Positions 13,260-25,727 are shown, counted from the stretch's first letter. The stretch is DNA of 64,000 nt from Octopus vulgaris (GCA_951406725.2 OX597817.1:73036001-73100000); one strand, 5' to 3'. Notes: generated by a model not told the origin, from the sequence alone. Numbers and translations: made by a program.

Positions 13260-13439
13260 TTCTTAGTTGGCAGGGACAAATATTTTGTATTGAAGATGAT
13301 AATTGTAATATATGTGTGGTTTGGTATTCGTTCTTTTTTTTCTTCTTTTTTTTTATTTGAGAAATTCAACTCTGTGAAGGAGAGGCATTCTCTTCTAAGT
13401 TAGTCAAATTTCCTGATATAGCTTTGGAAAAAGGGGTGG
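13260..13439 (+). pseudogene. Pseudo-exon, phase 1 (donor at 13440 or 13473)
   Basis: Acceptor TTTCATTCAG. Frame LSWQGQIFCIEDDNCNICVVWYS(F)7I*EIQLCEGEAFSSKLVKFPDIALEKGV. Two phase-1 donors are possible (G|GTAAAG, A|GTATGC). Confidence 0.5.
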
Positions 13440-14034
13440 GTAAAGCATACTGACTCTCAGCTTCAATTATAAGTATGCCAAAGAAAGAGGTTTTAAAAGG
13501 CATTTTCATCTTTACATAAATAATATTAGTTTTTTTTAATAAATTTTTTATTAAAACATATGCACTCAAAAAAAGGTGTATGTATTTGTAAATATATTTC
13601 TTTTACTAGTTTATTCCTTGGACTGTAGTCATGCTGGGATACTGGTTTCATACCCCCAATATATGACTGGTGCTTATTTCATCTGCTTAAAGATTGAAGT
13701 TAAAACTAGCCTGGGTGAAATTCAAATATCAGACGTTATTTAATTCTACAAGCTAATTTGCCCAATGTCTTTATGTTTCTGCTATCAGCTGCTAATGTTA
13801 TAACTCCATATATGTTCATGTGATAATGAAGTAGTTTTATGAAAAAATTTTCTTTTTTCCCCCCAACCCCATTAATAAAATCGCAAGTTTATTATCAAGG
13901 AAAATAACATTGGGTGATGTTCAAGCACTTCCTAGATGCATTAGCAGTTGCAATACAAGCATGCAAAAATTTATTTACCAGGAATTTTATTTTTTTCAAT
14001 ATTCAACTTGTTTGTAATAATTAACTATAATAAT

Positions 14035-14575
14035 ATTTTTCTAATTTTGGCACAAGGCCTGCAATTTTTAAGAGGAGGGTAAGTCAGTTACATCAATCCC
14101 AGTGTTCAAAACCCAATGCCTAAAAGGACTAAAGACAGAGTCCACTTGGGCTGCATTTTAGCTAAGAGCAGGGTAAGTCAATTACATCAATCCCAGTGCT
14201 CAAAACCCAATGCCTAAAAGGACTAAAGGCAAAGTCCACTTGGGCTGCATTTTAGCTTGGAATGCAAAATAGCTGGAAGAGAAGCTGCTAAGCATTATAC
14301 CCAACATGCTATCATTTCTGACAATTCACCATCATCTACTTCTAATAATGATAGTCCTTTTTACAATAGGCACAAGGCTTGAAATTTGGGGGCAGGGGTT
14401 AAGTCAATTACATCAACCCCAGTGCATAACTGGTACTTAATTTATCAACTCCCCCCCCTTCCCCAAGGACAAAAGGCAAAATTGACTTGACTGAGTCTTG
14501 AACTTATAATGTAATAGAGCTGGAAGAAACACTGCAAAGTATTTTTTATCCAACAGTAACAATTCTGCCAGTACA
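14035..14575 (-). mobile_element. Two old family-2 (Meta-domain-like) SINE copies, the first with a 94-bp internal tandem duplication (14069-14162 / 14163-14256)
   Basis: Reverse-complement match to the family seen at 42015 and 32673. The duplication is directly visible. Confidence 0.7.
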
Positions 14576-16564
14576 TAATAATAACCAATATTATTTTACT
14601 GTATTTGTTGAAAATAATCTGTAAAATATTGTTACAAATGCAAATATAGTATGGAGGAAAAGAGAACAAGGTAATGCTTAGCTTTAGCTAAATCTAATAT
14701 CTTATGTGAGGAGTGTGAAAAGACAATCTTTTTATTAACGAAACCAAAGCTACACCATTTCTATAGGGAGATGGGGGTGGAATTGCACACTACTTGAAAA
14801 CTGAGAAATCTTTTTGAAGTTATTTGGTCGATACTGCATTATGAGATTACAACTGAAGAACATATCTTTTGTGAGTGTGAATAAACCAATAATATTAGGA
14901 GAGATATTCATCTGTGAATAGATATACTAGTTTTATTTGTTTGCTTTACTTTATTTATTTTTCTGTTGTAATTTTTAAATCACACTACTAAATTGAAAGT
15001 GCTTATTCCTCCCCCTCTTAAGTAATGACAGACAGAAAGGAAGCTTTTTAAATAATGATTGGAGTGACTATTGTTAGAAATAAATAGAGACTATATAGAA
15101 TATAAGTAAAAGAATAGGTAAATAGCCTATGTAGTAAATGATAGATGATTTTTTTCAAAAGATCAGTTAAATGGTTCTAGTGCAAAAAAAAAGAGAGAGA
15201 GAGAAAAGAAAAATGGAATAGAATAATTACATAAAAAGTACATTTACATGTCTATAATTTCAAGATGAGTTTATTATTACAGAAGGAATATTCTTGGGGC
15301 ATCACCTTCAAGACTTTTTAGTTGTTCAATTGCTCCACCCCCACCCCGCCCACACATTTCGGTGTAGCACTTATTCTCATTTGTTCCTTCATTTTGCATT
15401 TGTTTTTCCATGTTAGCATGAGTTTCACAGTAAATCAGTTGATGCAGCATTTTACAGTTGCACACAACCCTGACATGTTTTTCAAGTGGGAGATTTTTTT
15501 TTGTCCCACAGGTTATTGGAAACAGAGCAACTGGTTATAATGTCAACAAGCAGTCTTCACATACATCATTCACAATTTTACTCAAATGGAGCTGTAGGAT
15601 GTCAACATTCTTGCACCAAACATACACAACAAGCTTCCTTTAGTGTTTGTCTATCATATTCACTCACAAGGCATTGGTTAGAATAAGGCTATAGTGGATG
15701 CTTGTCCAAAGTGCCACATTTTGAGAATGATCCTGAAACCATGTGATTGCAAACTTCTTAAATGACACAGCCATCTGAATTGAAAAACTAGCATTTGAAA
15801 TAAAAGGACGCAACTGAACACAGGATTTTCCACAGTTGCACACATACATGTATGCATACACATATCTTATTCATATAAATGGTGGAAGTTGATGTGTGAC
15901 CAAGTAAGACCATTTCTGAAACCCATTTCACTCTAAGAAACATATCAAGTTTGGTCTCCTCATTGATGATGTCCTGTCATATTGCTCCTAAGGCTTGCAA
16001 GAGACCTACAAGTCATTTCCCATCAACCATAAATCAGCCTTCCAGCAAACAGCCTGAACATCTGTATATTAGCACCTACAATACTGAGTGAGTCCATTGG
16101 CCAGTTCACTTACTGTTACCCATGGTGCAGGAAAGAACATGCTGGATGTCACATTAGTAGACATGGGTGCCTTTGTAACCATTCTTGTGGTTGAGTAGGC
16201 CTGCCTTTAGGAAGCAGATACAGCCACACTAGTCACATGAAAGAGACTCTTTCATGCCCTTCTCTGGGAGAAGGTTTCCCATCCTCAATTATATTTGTGA
16301 GCATGTTTCAACTTAGTGTATGCAACCTTGTTGTTGTTGAATTTTTTAACACCAGTAGTAATCAGGTCCCTCATACATACACGCAGGCTTCTATTTAGTT
16401 TTCATCTCCTGAATTCCATTCACAAAGCAACAATATGAGGCTATATGTGCAATTCCATGCATGAGCATATTCATATACTTGTGCTTGTTTCACCTCTTCT
16501 CACTAAGTATTTTATTTCACACACATAAATCCGTGACCAGGTTGCATTTGGACAAAAAAATGTT

Positions 16565-16956
16565 GGCAGGCATGGTTGTGTAGTAAGAAGCTTGCTTTCC
16601 AACCACATAGTTCAGGGTTCAGTCCCACTGCATGCCACTTTAGGCAAGTGTCTTCCACTATAGCCTCAGGCTGATCAAAGCCTTGTGAGTGGATTTGGTG
16701 GACAGAAACTGAAAGAAGCCCGTTGTTTGTTTGTGTATCTCTCTCTCTCTCTCTTTCTTCCCACCACTGCTTGACAACTGGTCTTGGTGTGTTTATGTCA
16801 CTGTAACTTAGCTGTTTAGCAATAGACACTGATAGAATAAGTACCAGGCTTTTAGAAAATAAGTACTGGAGTTGATACATTCAATTAAGAAGTCTTCAAG
16901 GCAGTGCCCCAGCATGGTTGCAGTCTAATGATTGAAACAAGTAAAAGATAAAAGAT
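16565..16956 (+). mobile_element. tRNA-derived CORE-like SINE (family 1)
   Basis: Full head, TTTAGGCAAGTGTCTT core and AAAGAT tail repeats. Confidence 0.85.
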
Positions 16957-17238
16957 AATTTCATGAAATAGATTGAAAATGAATTTTTAAAAATTTCTTA
17001 ACCTGGCTACAATTGCTTTTCTACATGTAATTGCCTTGGCCTTTGCACAAGGACTTGGATACAATGACTTACTCATGAAGTTCAACTCCAGGTGAAATGT
17101 ATGTGTGTGTGTGTGTACACACACACACCTATATTTTATATTATTTACACATATATTTCTACATGTAAATATGTGTGTATCTGCTTAGATACATGTATGT
17201 CTATATATGTATTATATATATATATATATATACATACA

Positions 17239-18487
17239 CAGACATGCAGGAAGTAAATAGACACCTTTAATTTTCAAAATTTCTGATCTAAGCGTCTTAA
17301 GCGGTGTAGAATTTATAATGTAATTATTCTTTTTCATTCCAGGTGCCATTATATTAAACATTTGCGAAGATTAACCATGCCACGCACAAAAAATTCAACA
17401 GAACTGCCAGATTTTCAAAGAGGTTGTATTGTTGAGCAATCTGAAGCTGGTCTTAGCCAGCGGAAAATTGCCGAAAATCTTCAAATTCCTCTTGCTACTG
17501 TTAATAGAATTATAGTGCAATTCAAAAGCCAAGGAAAAGAATCAGCAGATTCTCATCCCAGCCGACTTGGGCCTTCAGAAAGGAAGCTTCGCTGTTTGAA
17601 GAAAATTGTGGAAAACAAACCCCGTTCAAAGGCTTCTGACATTGCAAAACAGCTAGAAGTTAGTCCAAAAATGTGTGTTACATATCTGTATAAGCTTGGG
17701 TATTATGGACGAGCGGCTAGAAAACCTCTCCTTCAACCAATTAATATCATGAAAAGAAAGAAATGGACTAAGAAGATGTCAGAAAAATCCAGTTCATTTT
17801 GGGACAGTGATTTTCTCAGATGAATCCAGATTTGCATTATTTTTAGACAGTGGACATGTTTGGGTCTGGAGGCTTCCCAATCAAGAATTTGATTTGAAAT
17901 GACCCCAACCAACCGTGAAACATGGTATTTCTGTAATGCTATGGGAAGCTGTCACCAGCAATGGTCGTTCTGAGCTGATCGAATGTGTTGGAACCATAAA
18001 CTCTGAAAAATACATCGAAATACTTAAGCAAGGACTACTTCTAATGTATTCACACGATAACATAACGAAAAATGAGTTTATATCCATTGAAGATGGGGCT
18101 CCATGCCACACAGTGAAAAGGAATCAACAATGGCTGGCTGAAAATGGAATCAAAATGCTTCCTTGGTCGAGTAAATCTCCTGACATGAACCCACTTGAAA
18201 ATCTTTGGAGCATACTAGATAGAGTTATACGAAAAACTTGACAGAAACCTAAATTTAAAGATGAATTGTTTTGATTGTTGCGTGAAAAGTGGGCAGAAAT
18301 TCCACAAGAGACAATCACAAAGCTGACCAGTTCAATGCCAAAAAGAGTTTCTGAATTAAAAAAGGGAATGTCAACTAAATACCAAAGTATGTAGTCCTGC
18401 CTATTGATTACATTTCAGTCATTCACTTTGCATATTAAATAAAAGATTTCGAAAATTTAAGATGTCTATTTACTTCCTGCATGTCTG
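17239..18487 (+). mobile_element. Full-length Tc1-family (DD34E) DNA transposon, inactivated
   Basis: ~44-bp TIRs CAGACATGCAGGAAGTAAATAGACA.. / ..TGTCTATTTACTTCCTGCATGTCTG followed by TA. Transposase from ATG 17377 (ELPDFQRG, ARKPLL, VIFSDES after a frameshift, EDGAPCH, SPDMNPLENLW) with exactly 34 residues between the second D and E. Frameshift near 17810 and internal stops. Confidence 0.95.
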
Positions 18488-19015
18488 TATATTAAAATGA
18501 GGTAATTTTTGTGAAGTTTTGTGCGGTATAACTTTCAAGTATGTAGTTGTGTAAAAGCAGAACAATGCAAGAAGGTACAAAGTAAACTACAAAATGAAAA
18601 GAAAACAACAAAGTTGCCAAAACTGGTAGCTTGGCCAAGAGTTCAAATTGAAAATGCAAGTGGACAAAGTCCACTTTAGCTTTCATCCTTCCAAGGTTGG
18701 TAAAATAAGTGCTACTTTAGGAAATGAAGTTGACATAATTGGCTACACTATAGATGGTAGTGCTCCAGCATGACCTTAATCTAATGACCAACACCAATAA
18801 GACCCTATATATATATTACTTAAAACTCTCAGTAATCCGGTTCTTTACATTAGCAGCTTCATTTTAAATTTGCAGAAAATAGTTACCATCTGCAGTTGGT
18901 TTATATAAAATAATAACAAATGTCAATGGCAGGATGTCTAGGATGCTGTTTGCTTGAACTATAACTCTTCTTTTTCTTTTTCTATTTTTTTCTGTAAACA
19001 CTTGTAAATTATCAG

Positions 19016-19162
19016 CATTTTTGATTGAACCATTTGAAAGAATCATTTCACTTTCTGTTTGTATGAAGCTCGTGTCTGTGTTCATATGTGTTGACCCTAT
19101 TATATACACTTATTTCACCCCTTCTGTCATCTGCTCTGCTGAAGGAGAATTAATACATAAAG
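19016..19162 (+). pseudogene. Exon, phase 1 to 1 (147 bp, open), probably the same gene relic
   Basis: Long polypyrimidine tract plus ATCAG acceptor and donor AAG|GTAAAC. Reads FLIEPFERIISLSVCMKLVSVFICVDPIIYTYFTPSVICSAEGELIHK. Confidence 0.6.
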
Positions 19163-19545
19163 GTAAACTGCCTGATCAAAATTTTTTGGTTAGCAAACAA
19201 CTCTTTTGTTCTGACATGTATATATAGATAGGTAGATATGTAATATGAACATCAATTTTACATCCCTTTCCTAAAAGTACCAGGCTTAAAAGAAAGTAAG
19301 TCTTTAGGCCAATTTATTCAGCAAAACATTTCAAGCAGTGCTCCAGCTTGGCTGCAGTCCAATGACTGAAGCAGTTAAAAGATAAAAGGTATATATAAAC
19401 CGTGCAGTCTGATAGCACATAGCCTCTTGGTTAACTTGGTTGTAGGGTCAGTTCTTGGAATCACTCAGCATGTTGTTGCATCCCTGGACAAGGCACTTCA
19501 TTTCATATTGTTCAGCTGTAAAAAATAAACAGTTTAGTTCTGGTG

Positions 19546-19548
<3 letters not shown>

Positions 19549-19607
<59 letters not shown>
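19549..19607. repeat. (CT)n microsatellite
   Basis: Directly visible. Confidence 0.95.
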
Positions 19608-19611
<4 letters not shown>

Positions 19612-21611
19612 GCTGGGTCAAGAGTAAGATGGCTGTCTTCTTGCAACTTCATGAAACAATCAAAACATAGTACAAGCTTCCAGATCATATTCGCTTGCAT
19701 ATAACAGCTACTTATTTATTTATTTATACTCACACGTGCTCACCCTCTTACATGAATGGATTCATATAAAAGACCTCTGTGGCTGACACAGCATGTTACT
19801 GTTTTTTAGTTGGATTGGCAGAATCATTAGTGCATTGTAAAAAAAAATCTCTTTGTAGCATTTGTTCCAGCTCCATATTTTCAGAGTTCAAATCTCTGCA
19901 AAATTGAACTTTGCCAATTATCCTTTCAGGGTTGATATGGTAATGTACCAGTCAATTAATGGAGTCAATGGTCTCAACTAATCCTCTTTCCCCAAATTGC
20001 TGGCCTTGTGCCTAATTTTCAGACTCTTAAGTTTGTTAATATCATCTATTGTTGTTAACTTCCTTTCTTTACTTAATGTCAACCTTGTTGTTTTTTTAAT
20101 TTTGTCTTTGTATTGTCCCCAATGTGCTAAGTTCATGGCCAATAATAGAAAAGACTATTGCAATAAAGAATGAATTTCCTGTTTTATTAATTTTATTTTT
20201 TAAACATTTTTGTTATATAGTAAAATATTTTATATTCCCCTTTAAGGCAAAATATGCAATACATACAATAGTGTATATATTTATCAAAATTACTATTTCT
20301 ATGCGTATATAATATAATATATATATATATTTCACTCATCAGTTTATGAGTTGACAAGTACATTTCTACAGACATCTTCTAATATTATTTTTGTTGTTTT
20401 GTGAGTGGAGTGCAAAATGTATCTTGTAATAATAAAAAGTAATTTTATTTTATTTTGGTACTTATACTGGTATCAGTCATTGGACTGAGACAATGTTAGA
20501 ACATGGCTGCTCTTAAGGATATATGATATCGTACTACACAATAAACCTGTTGATATTGAAGTGGCAATAATTTAAGGATGTAGGTGATTATATTGGCCTT
20601 CAAAAATGTATTGCTACTTTGTTTCATCAATTGGAAGGATGCTTAGTGGCATTTCTTTTGGCTCTTTATGTTTTGAGACTAAATCCAACCATGCCATTCG
20701 TCCTCTCAGTGCCAATAAAATGAAGCACCAAGTACTGGAGCCAATATAACCAATTTGTTCCCTCCCCACAAAATTGCTGGTCTTATGCCAAAATTTGAAA
20801 CAAAAGTATTAGAAGGATGTATTTCAACTATGACAAGATTTGAACTAATTTTGTGAAGAGACATTACAGAATGCCACAAGATATCTTGGCCAACTCTCTA
20901 CCATTTCTCCCAAATTGTTTCCATGCATATTTATTTTACCTACTGTTATCTAGTCTAGAAATGAGTTCTTATATTTTAATATTCCTGTAGTTGAGGAATT
21001 TTATTATTTATGCTTTGGGGCAGTTAGAGAAATCACTATTCTCAAACTTTAGTCATTTTGTTTCTTCACTTTCATTTTCTATTTCTACCATTTATTTTTT
21101 TTGCTAAAGAAGTATTAAAAATGAATTATTATAGCAATATAACTGTGTATTTGAATATATTTGCATACATTTACATATCTTCACTTATCCAGGTAAATAT
21201 AGGTATTAAAATAAAATTTGGATTATTGGTAAAGGCATGGCTGTGTGGTTAAGAAGCTCACTTTGCAACAATATGGTTTTAAGTTGAGTCTCCCTACATG
21301 GCATCTTTTTGGAAATATCTTCTGTTATAGCCCTGGGCCACCGATTGAAACTTAGTAGAAGCCCACCATGTGTGTGAGTGTATATATGTATGTATGTATT
21401 TGTATGTGTGTGTATGTATATATATATACATATATATAAAATCAATGATTTAAATATTTATTCTTAATACATTCCAGCAAGAATTAAATGCAAGTATGAT
21501 GATAACTGTTGTGTACATCATATTTGTGTTCAAATCTGCATGAATGTATTGAGAATAATGCAAGTCATTACTTCAGATATTGCTGTTCATAGTACAAATA
21601 ACAATTTACTT

Positions 21612-21637
21612 TGTGTGTGTGTATGTATGTATGTATA

Positions 21638-21708
<71 letters not shown>

Positions 21709-21767
21709 ATGTATATATATGTATATATATATGTGTGTGTGTATGTATATATATGTGTGTGTGTATG

Positions 21768-21802
<35 letters not shown>

Positions 21803-21891
21803 ATGTATATATATGTATATATATATATGTGTGTGTGTATGTATATATATGTATATATATATGTGTGTGTGTGTGTATGTATATATATATG

Positions 21892-21928
<37 letters not shown>

Positions 21929-22019
21929 ATATATATGTATATATGTATATATATGTGTGTGTGTGTGTGTGTATATATATGTATATATATATGTGTGTGT
22001 GTGTGTATGTATATATATG

Positions 22020-22052
<33 letters not shown>

Positions 22053-22162
22053 ATGTATATATATGTATATATATATATATGTGTGTGTGTGTGTATGTAT
22101 ATATATATATATATGTGTGTGTGTGTATGTAGATATACATATATATATATATATATATATAT
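21612..22162. repeat. Compound (TA)n/(TG)n microsatellite
   Basis: Alternating TA and TG tracts. Source of the spurious YI/CV/HT ORFs. Confidence 0.95.
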
Positions 22163-22367
22163 CACTAAATCTACAAGTCTTTTACATTCTCTCTGTTTAT
22201 TTTCTCTTATTGCTTTCTGTTGAAGAGCATAGGCTCGAAAAAATAATTTTTCATTTTCTTGAGCGTCACACTAATACACTTGCTTGTAACTCTTACATTG
22301 TCTTCGTCTTTTGTTTTTCTATAAATTTCAACTATATATATATGTATATATATATATATATATATAT

Positions 22368-22477
22368 TGCCAGATAAGACTGGAGCCTGGTGCAGCCTTC
22401 TGGCTTCCCAGATCCCCGGTCGAACCGTCCAACCCATGCTAGCATGGAGAACGGACGTTAAACGATGATGATGATGA
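22368..22477 (+). mobile_element. RTE LINE 3' terminus with (GAT)n tail
   Basis: CTGGAGCCTGGTGCAGCC..CCAACCCATGCTAGCATGG..GGACGTTAAACGATGATGAT. Same end as 47485-47771 and 25763-26058. Confidence 0.8.
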
Positions 22478-22509
22478 CTCACATACATACATATATATGG
22501 CTTGTTGCG

Positions 22510-23060
22510 AACAAGGACAGGTGAAGTCCCTCCTGAACCTCATGAACACTTTGTACACAGAATGAATAGTATTCCAACCAACCAGTGCAGGTAATATACT
22601 GGATCTCTGCCTCACAGATAATGTGGGTCTCATCCATATTGTGAAACTGACACCGATGGTACTCTCGCTAAAATCGGAATACACTGGATCAGAAGGTAAT
22701 ACAATCCCAGAGTCAGTCGGTGCATGACCTAGGGGTTCACATGAGCAATAGTACAACATTCCAAGACGGCAACACTGTGCAGGTGAGTGGCTGGATGGAT
22801 TCTGAGGACTTTCAGAACTAGGAAAAGGGAGGCCCTGCTACTCCTATCGAAGACTTTCGTTCTCAGCTGCTTGGACTACTATGCTCCCTAGAGAGTGTGA
22901 AACAAACTGTGGAACTCAAAGCAATCTAGCAGCAATACACAAAGAAGATTGAATCAATGCTAAAGATGGCTACTGGGAGAGGCTAAAAGAGCTGAGTCTC
23001 TGCTCCCTGAAGAGAAGACGAGAGATATGCAATGATATATATTTGGAAGATGTTGAACCT
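22510..23060 (+). mobile_element. Internally deleted CR1/L2-like LINE relic
   Basis: Endonuclease C-end (QPTSAGNILDLCLTDN) is joined directly to post-RT motifs (HDLGVHMS, WILRTFRT, LDY, RLKELSLCSLKRRR, IYIWKML). Confidence 0.8.
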
Positions 23061-24048
23061 GAATCTTTGCTTATGTTAGAAATTAGACTGTCACTTGTGA
23101 GCAGGTTTCGTGGTAATTTAAAAGCAGAATGAGCTGTTTGTCCTGGGAGAATGGTGGTAGCAAAGCTAGATAATGGTACAGCAACTGCAGGTTTTTTTGT
23201 TTTTTTTTTTGTTGCCTAACTTTGGAAAGAAGAAATGTTACAAATGTTTTACCTGTGTCCAGGAACATCAAGAAAGAAAATTCCTCTGCTGTTTTCTGAC
23301 AATTGTGAAATGCCATATGCATGCATGCATACACACACACAGTATCAAACATCAGATGAAATTGGACGTGTGTGTGAAAGAGCGTGCTTTCATCTATACG
23401 TACAGACATAAATAAATAGGCTTACGTCTTTTTTGTATGTGTGTGTGTGTGAGAGAGAGAGAGAGCCACTTAGACATCACTCTCTCTCTCTCATACACAC
23501 ATAAAAAATAAGATGTATGCATATGTATTTATGCATGTTTGAATACGTGACAACACACACCATTCTTAAATGTATACAAAAACACGTGTGTGTATTTGAC
23601 TGACTACAAATACATAGAGCTGAACATGGCATGAAAAAGAAAAAGAAATAAAAAAATTGTATGTAAATTAATGAAATGTGTGAGTTCCAGCAAAATAATA
23701 CCCATATTTTCAGACTCTCCATGTTGAATTGCAAAGTTTTAGTGTGATATTTGTGTAATAAAGAAATCAAAATCTGGAGTGTGTGTGAGTGAGATACAGA
23801 GAGAACATTGCAAACAATGAATGAGATGGACATGGAATGATAAAATCGTATAAATAAAAGCACGTTGAAAACTATCTTGTACTGAATACTTAAATTTGTA
23901 AACTTAGTAAATATTTCTTTCTGTGATTTATTGTAGCTGTTTACAAATAACAAATTAAATCTGGAAATGAAAACATTAAAATTAGACCGGGACAGACTTC
24001 ACTGTTTTTGTGTCAATACCAGAAGTTGACATTGAGAAACCTTTTTAA

Positions 24049-25572
24049 CCCTTTAGTATTCAGATTCATTTGTCAAATGTAATGCTTATCTGTTCACATT
24101 AATTTTGATTTATTCAGGTTCAAGAGGGGTGTCCACAATATTTGCTTGTAACTTTGTTAATTTTCTACATGCCAATTTGAAATTTTGTAAATGGGTGCTT
24201 ATATGGCAGTGGTTTATAATTACGTAATTTTAGCTGATCTTTCTGATTAAATGGGCAGGTAAAGTTAATTAACAGGTGTAAAAACAATCACATTAAGAAT
24301 AAACACTAAAATTCATATTCTTAATACGTCTACCTGTTTGATTTGTTATCAAAATTATCCAAGATGTCAACTGCCAACAATTTTACATTTTTCAAGATAC
24401 CATTGGCTTTGTACTTTTATACATTTAATAAATTCATTTATGTAACATAATGCATCTAATAAAACAAACATCATTAACAGGTGAGACAAAGGTGAATACA
24501 GGTGTGTAACATACTGAAAATTAATATATTTCTCACTTTCACATATTACAATAAAATGAAAAGGAATATATGATAAAAAATATAGTTGCAAAATAATATA
24601 GTTATGACATTTTTGTCATGAAAGCACTCTTTACACAAGGGCACGTAAAAGGAACATATATATGAAGTCTCAATATGATACCCTTTAGCAGTTTTTTGTT
24701 TGTTTTTTTTTTTTTGCAGCGAACACAGTCTGCAAACTTTTTTTCTTCCATTTATCTTTCCGACTTTATGAAAGTCAATATTTTCTCTGTTGACATCCAC
24801 CTTAGTTAATTATGCTTTTCTCCCAGTTCTGTACTTTCTAGAAGAAAAGCCCTCACGTACCTGAGATGTGATGTCAACCCAAATTTCAAATTGTCATAGT
24901 CCTTTGGTGGCAGAGGTACTTTGTAACTTTTTACATATACAACATATGAATTTACTCTAGTTAAATAACTAGAAACCACAAAATGTACCTCCACCATTTC
25001 TTCCCATGTTCACCAACTGGGTAATATGCCCGATATTGGTCAGATTTATCTACCCCACCCATATATTTGTTATAATAAATATTCACTAGAGGTTTCCCCT
25101 CAGCACCAACACCAGGTTGTTTATTAAAAGACAAATAAAATCTGTCTTTTATCTTTGAAAGCAGTAGCTAATAAATTTTCTTTCTGCATTTGTAAAATGT
25201 CCCCTCTTTTTTAATTTTCTTTTCACTTCACAGGGTAAACCTTTACGGTTTCCCGTACAGTACTGCACGTGTAAGTACTTATATGGGCAAGATTTTCTGT
25301 CAAAACCATGGAAGAAAAAAAAAAAAAAGGTCAAAATAAAGGTGTCGGTGCTGATGGTGAAATGGTTCAGTAAGAGACCACACTTACATCATGTCTTAAT
25401 CCATATAGTCTCCATTATATTTTCTACCTGTGTAAGCATCGAAGTTTACACAATATCCAGTGTCTGATTCACAAACATCCCATACCTTGATTCCCCATTT
25501 AGTAGGTTTGGCAGGCATGTACTACCGTAAATGTACTCTGCCCTTATAGCCTATCATGGCTTCATCTACACT
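24049..25572 (-). mobile_element. 5'-truncated piggyBac (PGBD4-like) transposon relic
   Basis: Minus strand reads VDEAMIGYKGR..YMPAKPTKWGIKVW..YTG, HLYFD, NRKGLP, YNKYMGGVDKSDQ..KKWWRY, then a C-terminal Cys-rich domain (CRLC..TSYICSF..PLCKECF). A candidate terminus TTAA-CCCTTTAG lies at 24045-56. Confidence 0.9.
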
Positions 25573-25574
25573 GA

Positions 25575-25727
25575 GATGGATTCTGAGGACTTTCAGAACC
25601 AGGAAAAGGGAGGCCCTGCTACTCCTAATGAGGACTTTTGTTCTCAGCCGCTTGGACTATTACTATGGTCCTTAGAGAGTGTGAAACAAACTGTGGAACT
25701 CAAAGCAATCCAGCAGCAGTATACAAA
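25575..25727 (+). repeat. ~150-bp second copy of the LINE segment at 22794-22943
   Basis: GATGGATTCTGAGGACTTTCAGAAC...GGAACTCAAAGCAATC direct repeat. Confidence 0.9.

Larger units (their letters stand above)
2686..19162 (+). pseudogene. Multi-exon protein-coding gene relic (6-7 exons, ~350 codons visible), product not identified
   Basis: Exon-like blocks with AG/GT boundaries join in compatible phases (1-2, 2-1, 1-1, 1-1, 1-1, 1-1) into one protein-like frame: ...QSLVHFIYNGNGNKEKYL*NMVEITVTECFQFWKQC|SEGNLKRMSKKLFFKLFIDLLSTCQSAKDYFNNLSSIYPSEGSLPL*IF*IKIPEISLHELPKILQG|SNKKHFFPSLSEIDATDALDVQFA*ISVRKIQTKEGIPVD|YTWST*VERLKTETAIFTVEVEGYDVCQF*KYIRNVHHIGVPYTEMLHFC*DNKDGLRCNWQFQKRSAQITVEEFILHDNAV|... 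Multiple in-frame stops are present. Confidence 0.65.

Noticed and set aside
2922-13360. All premature stops being one C>T from Gln/Arg codons as evidence of a special mutational or editing process
   Set aside because: This is trivially true of any stop codon. Only the TGA excess is mildly informative.
16236-16256. Perfect 10-bp inverted repeat CATGAAAGAG-A-CTCTTTCATG
   Set aside because: Isolated and short, with no supporting context.
21540-22377. Long ORFs of 170-420 aa here and at 26466-27782, 46643-47612, 49958-52093
   Set aside because: They are translations of (TA)n/(TG)n microsatellites (YI/CV/HT repeats), open in many frames, and are not genes.
24546-24800. Cys-rich ORF as a host zinc-finger gene
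   Set aside because: It is the C-terminal domain of the piggyBac transposase relic.
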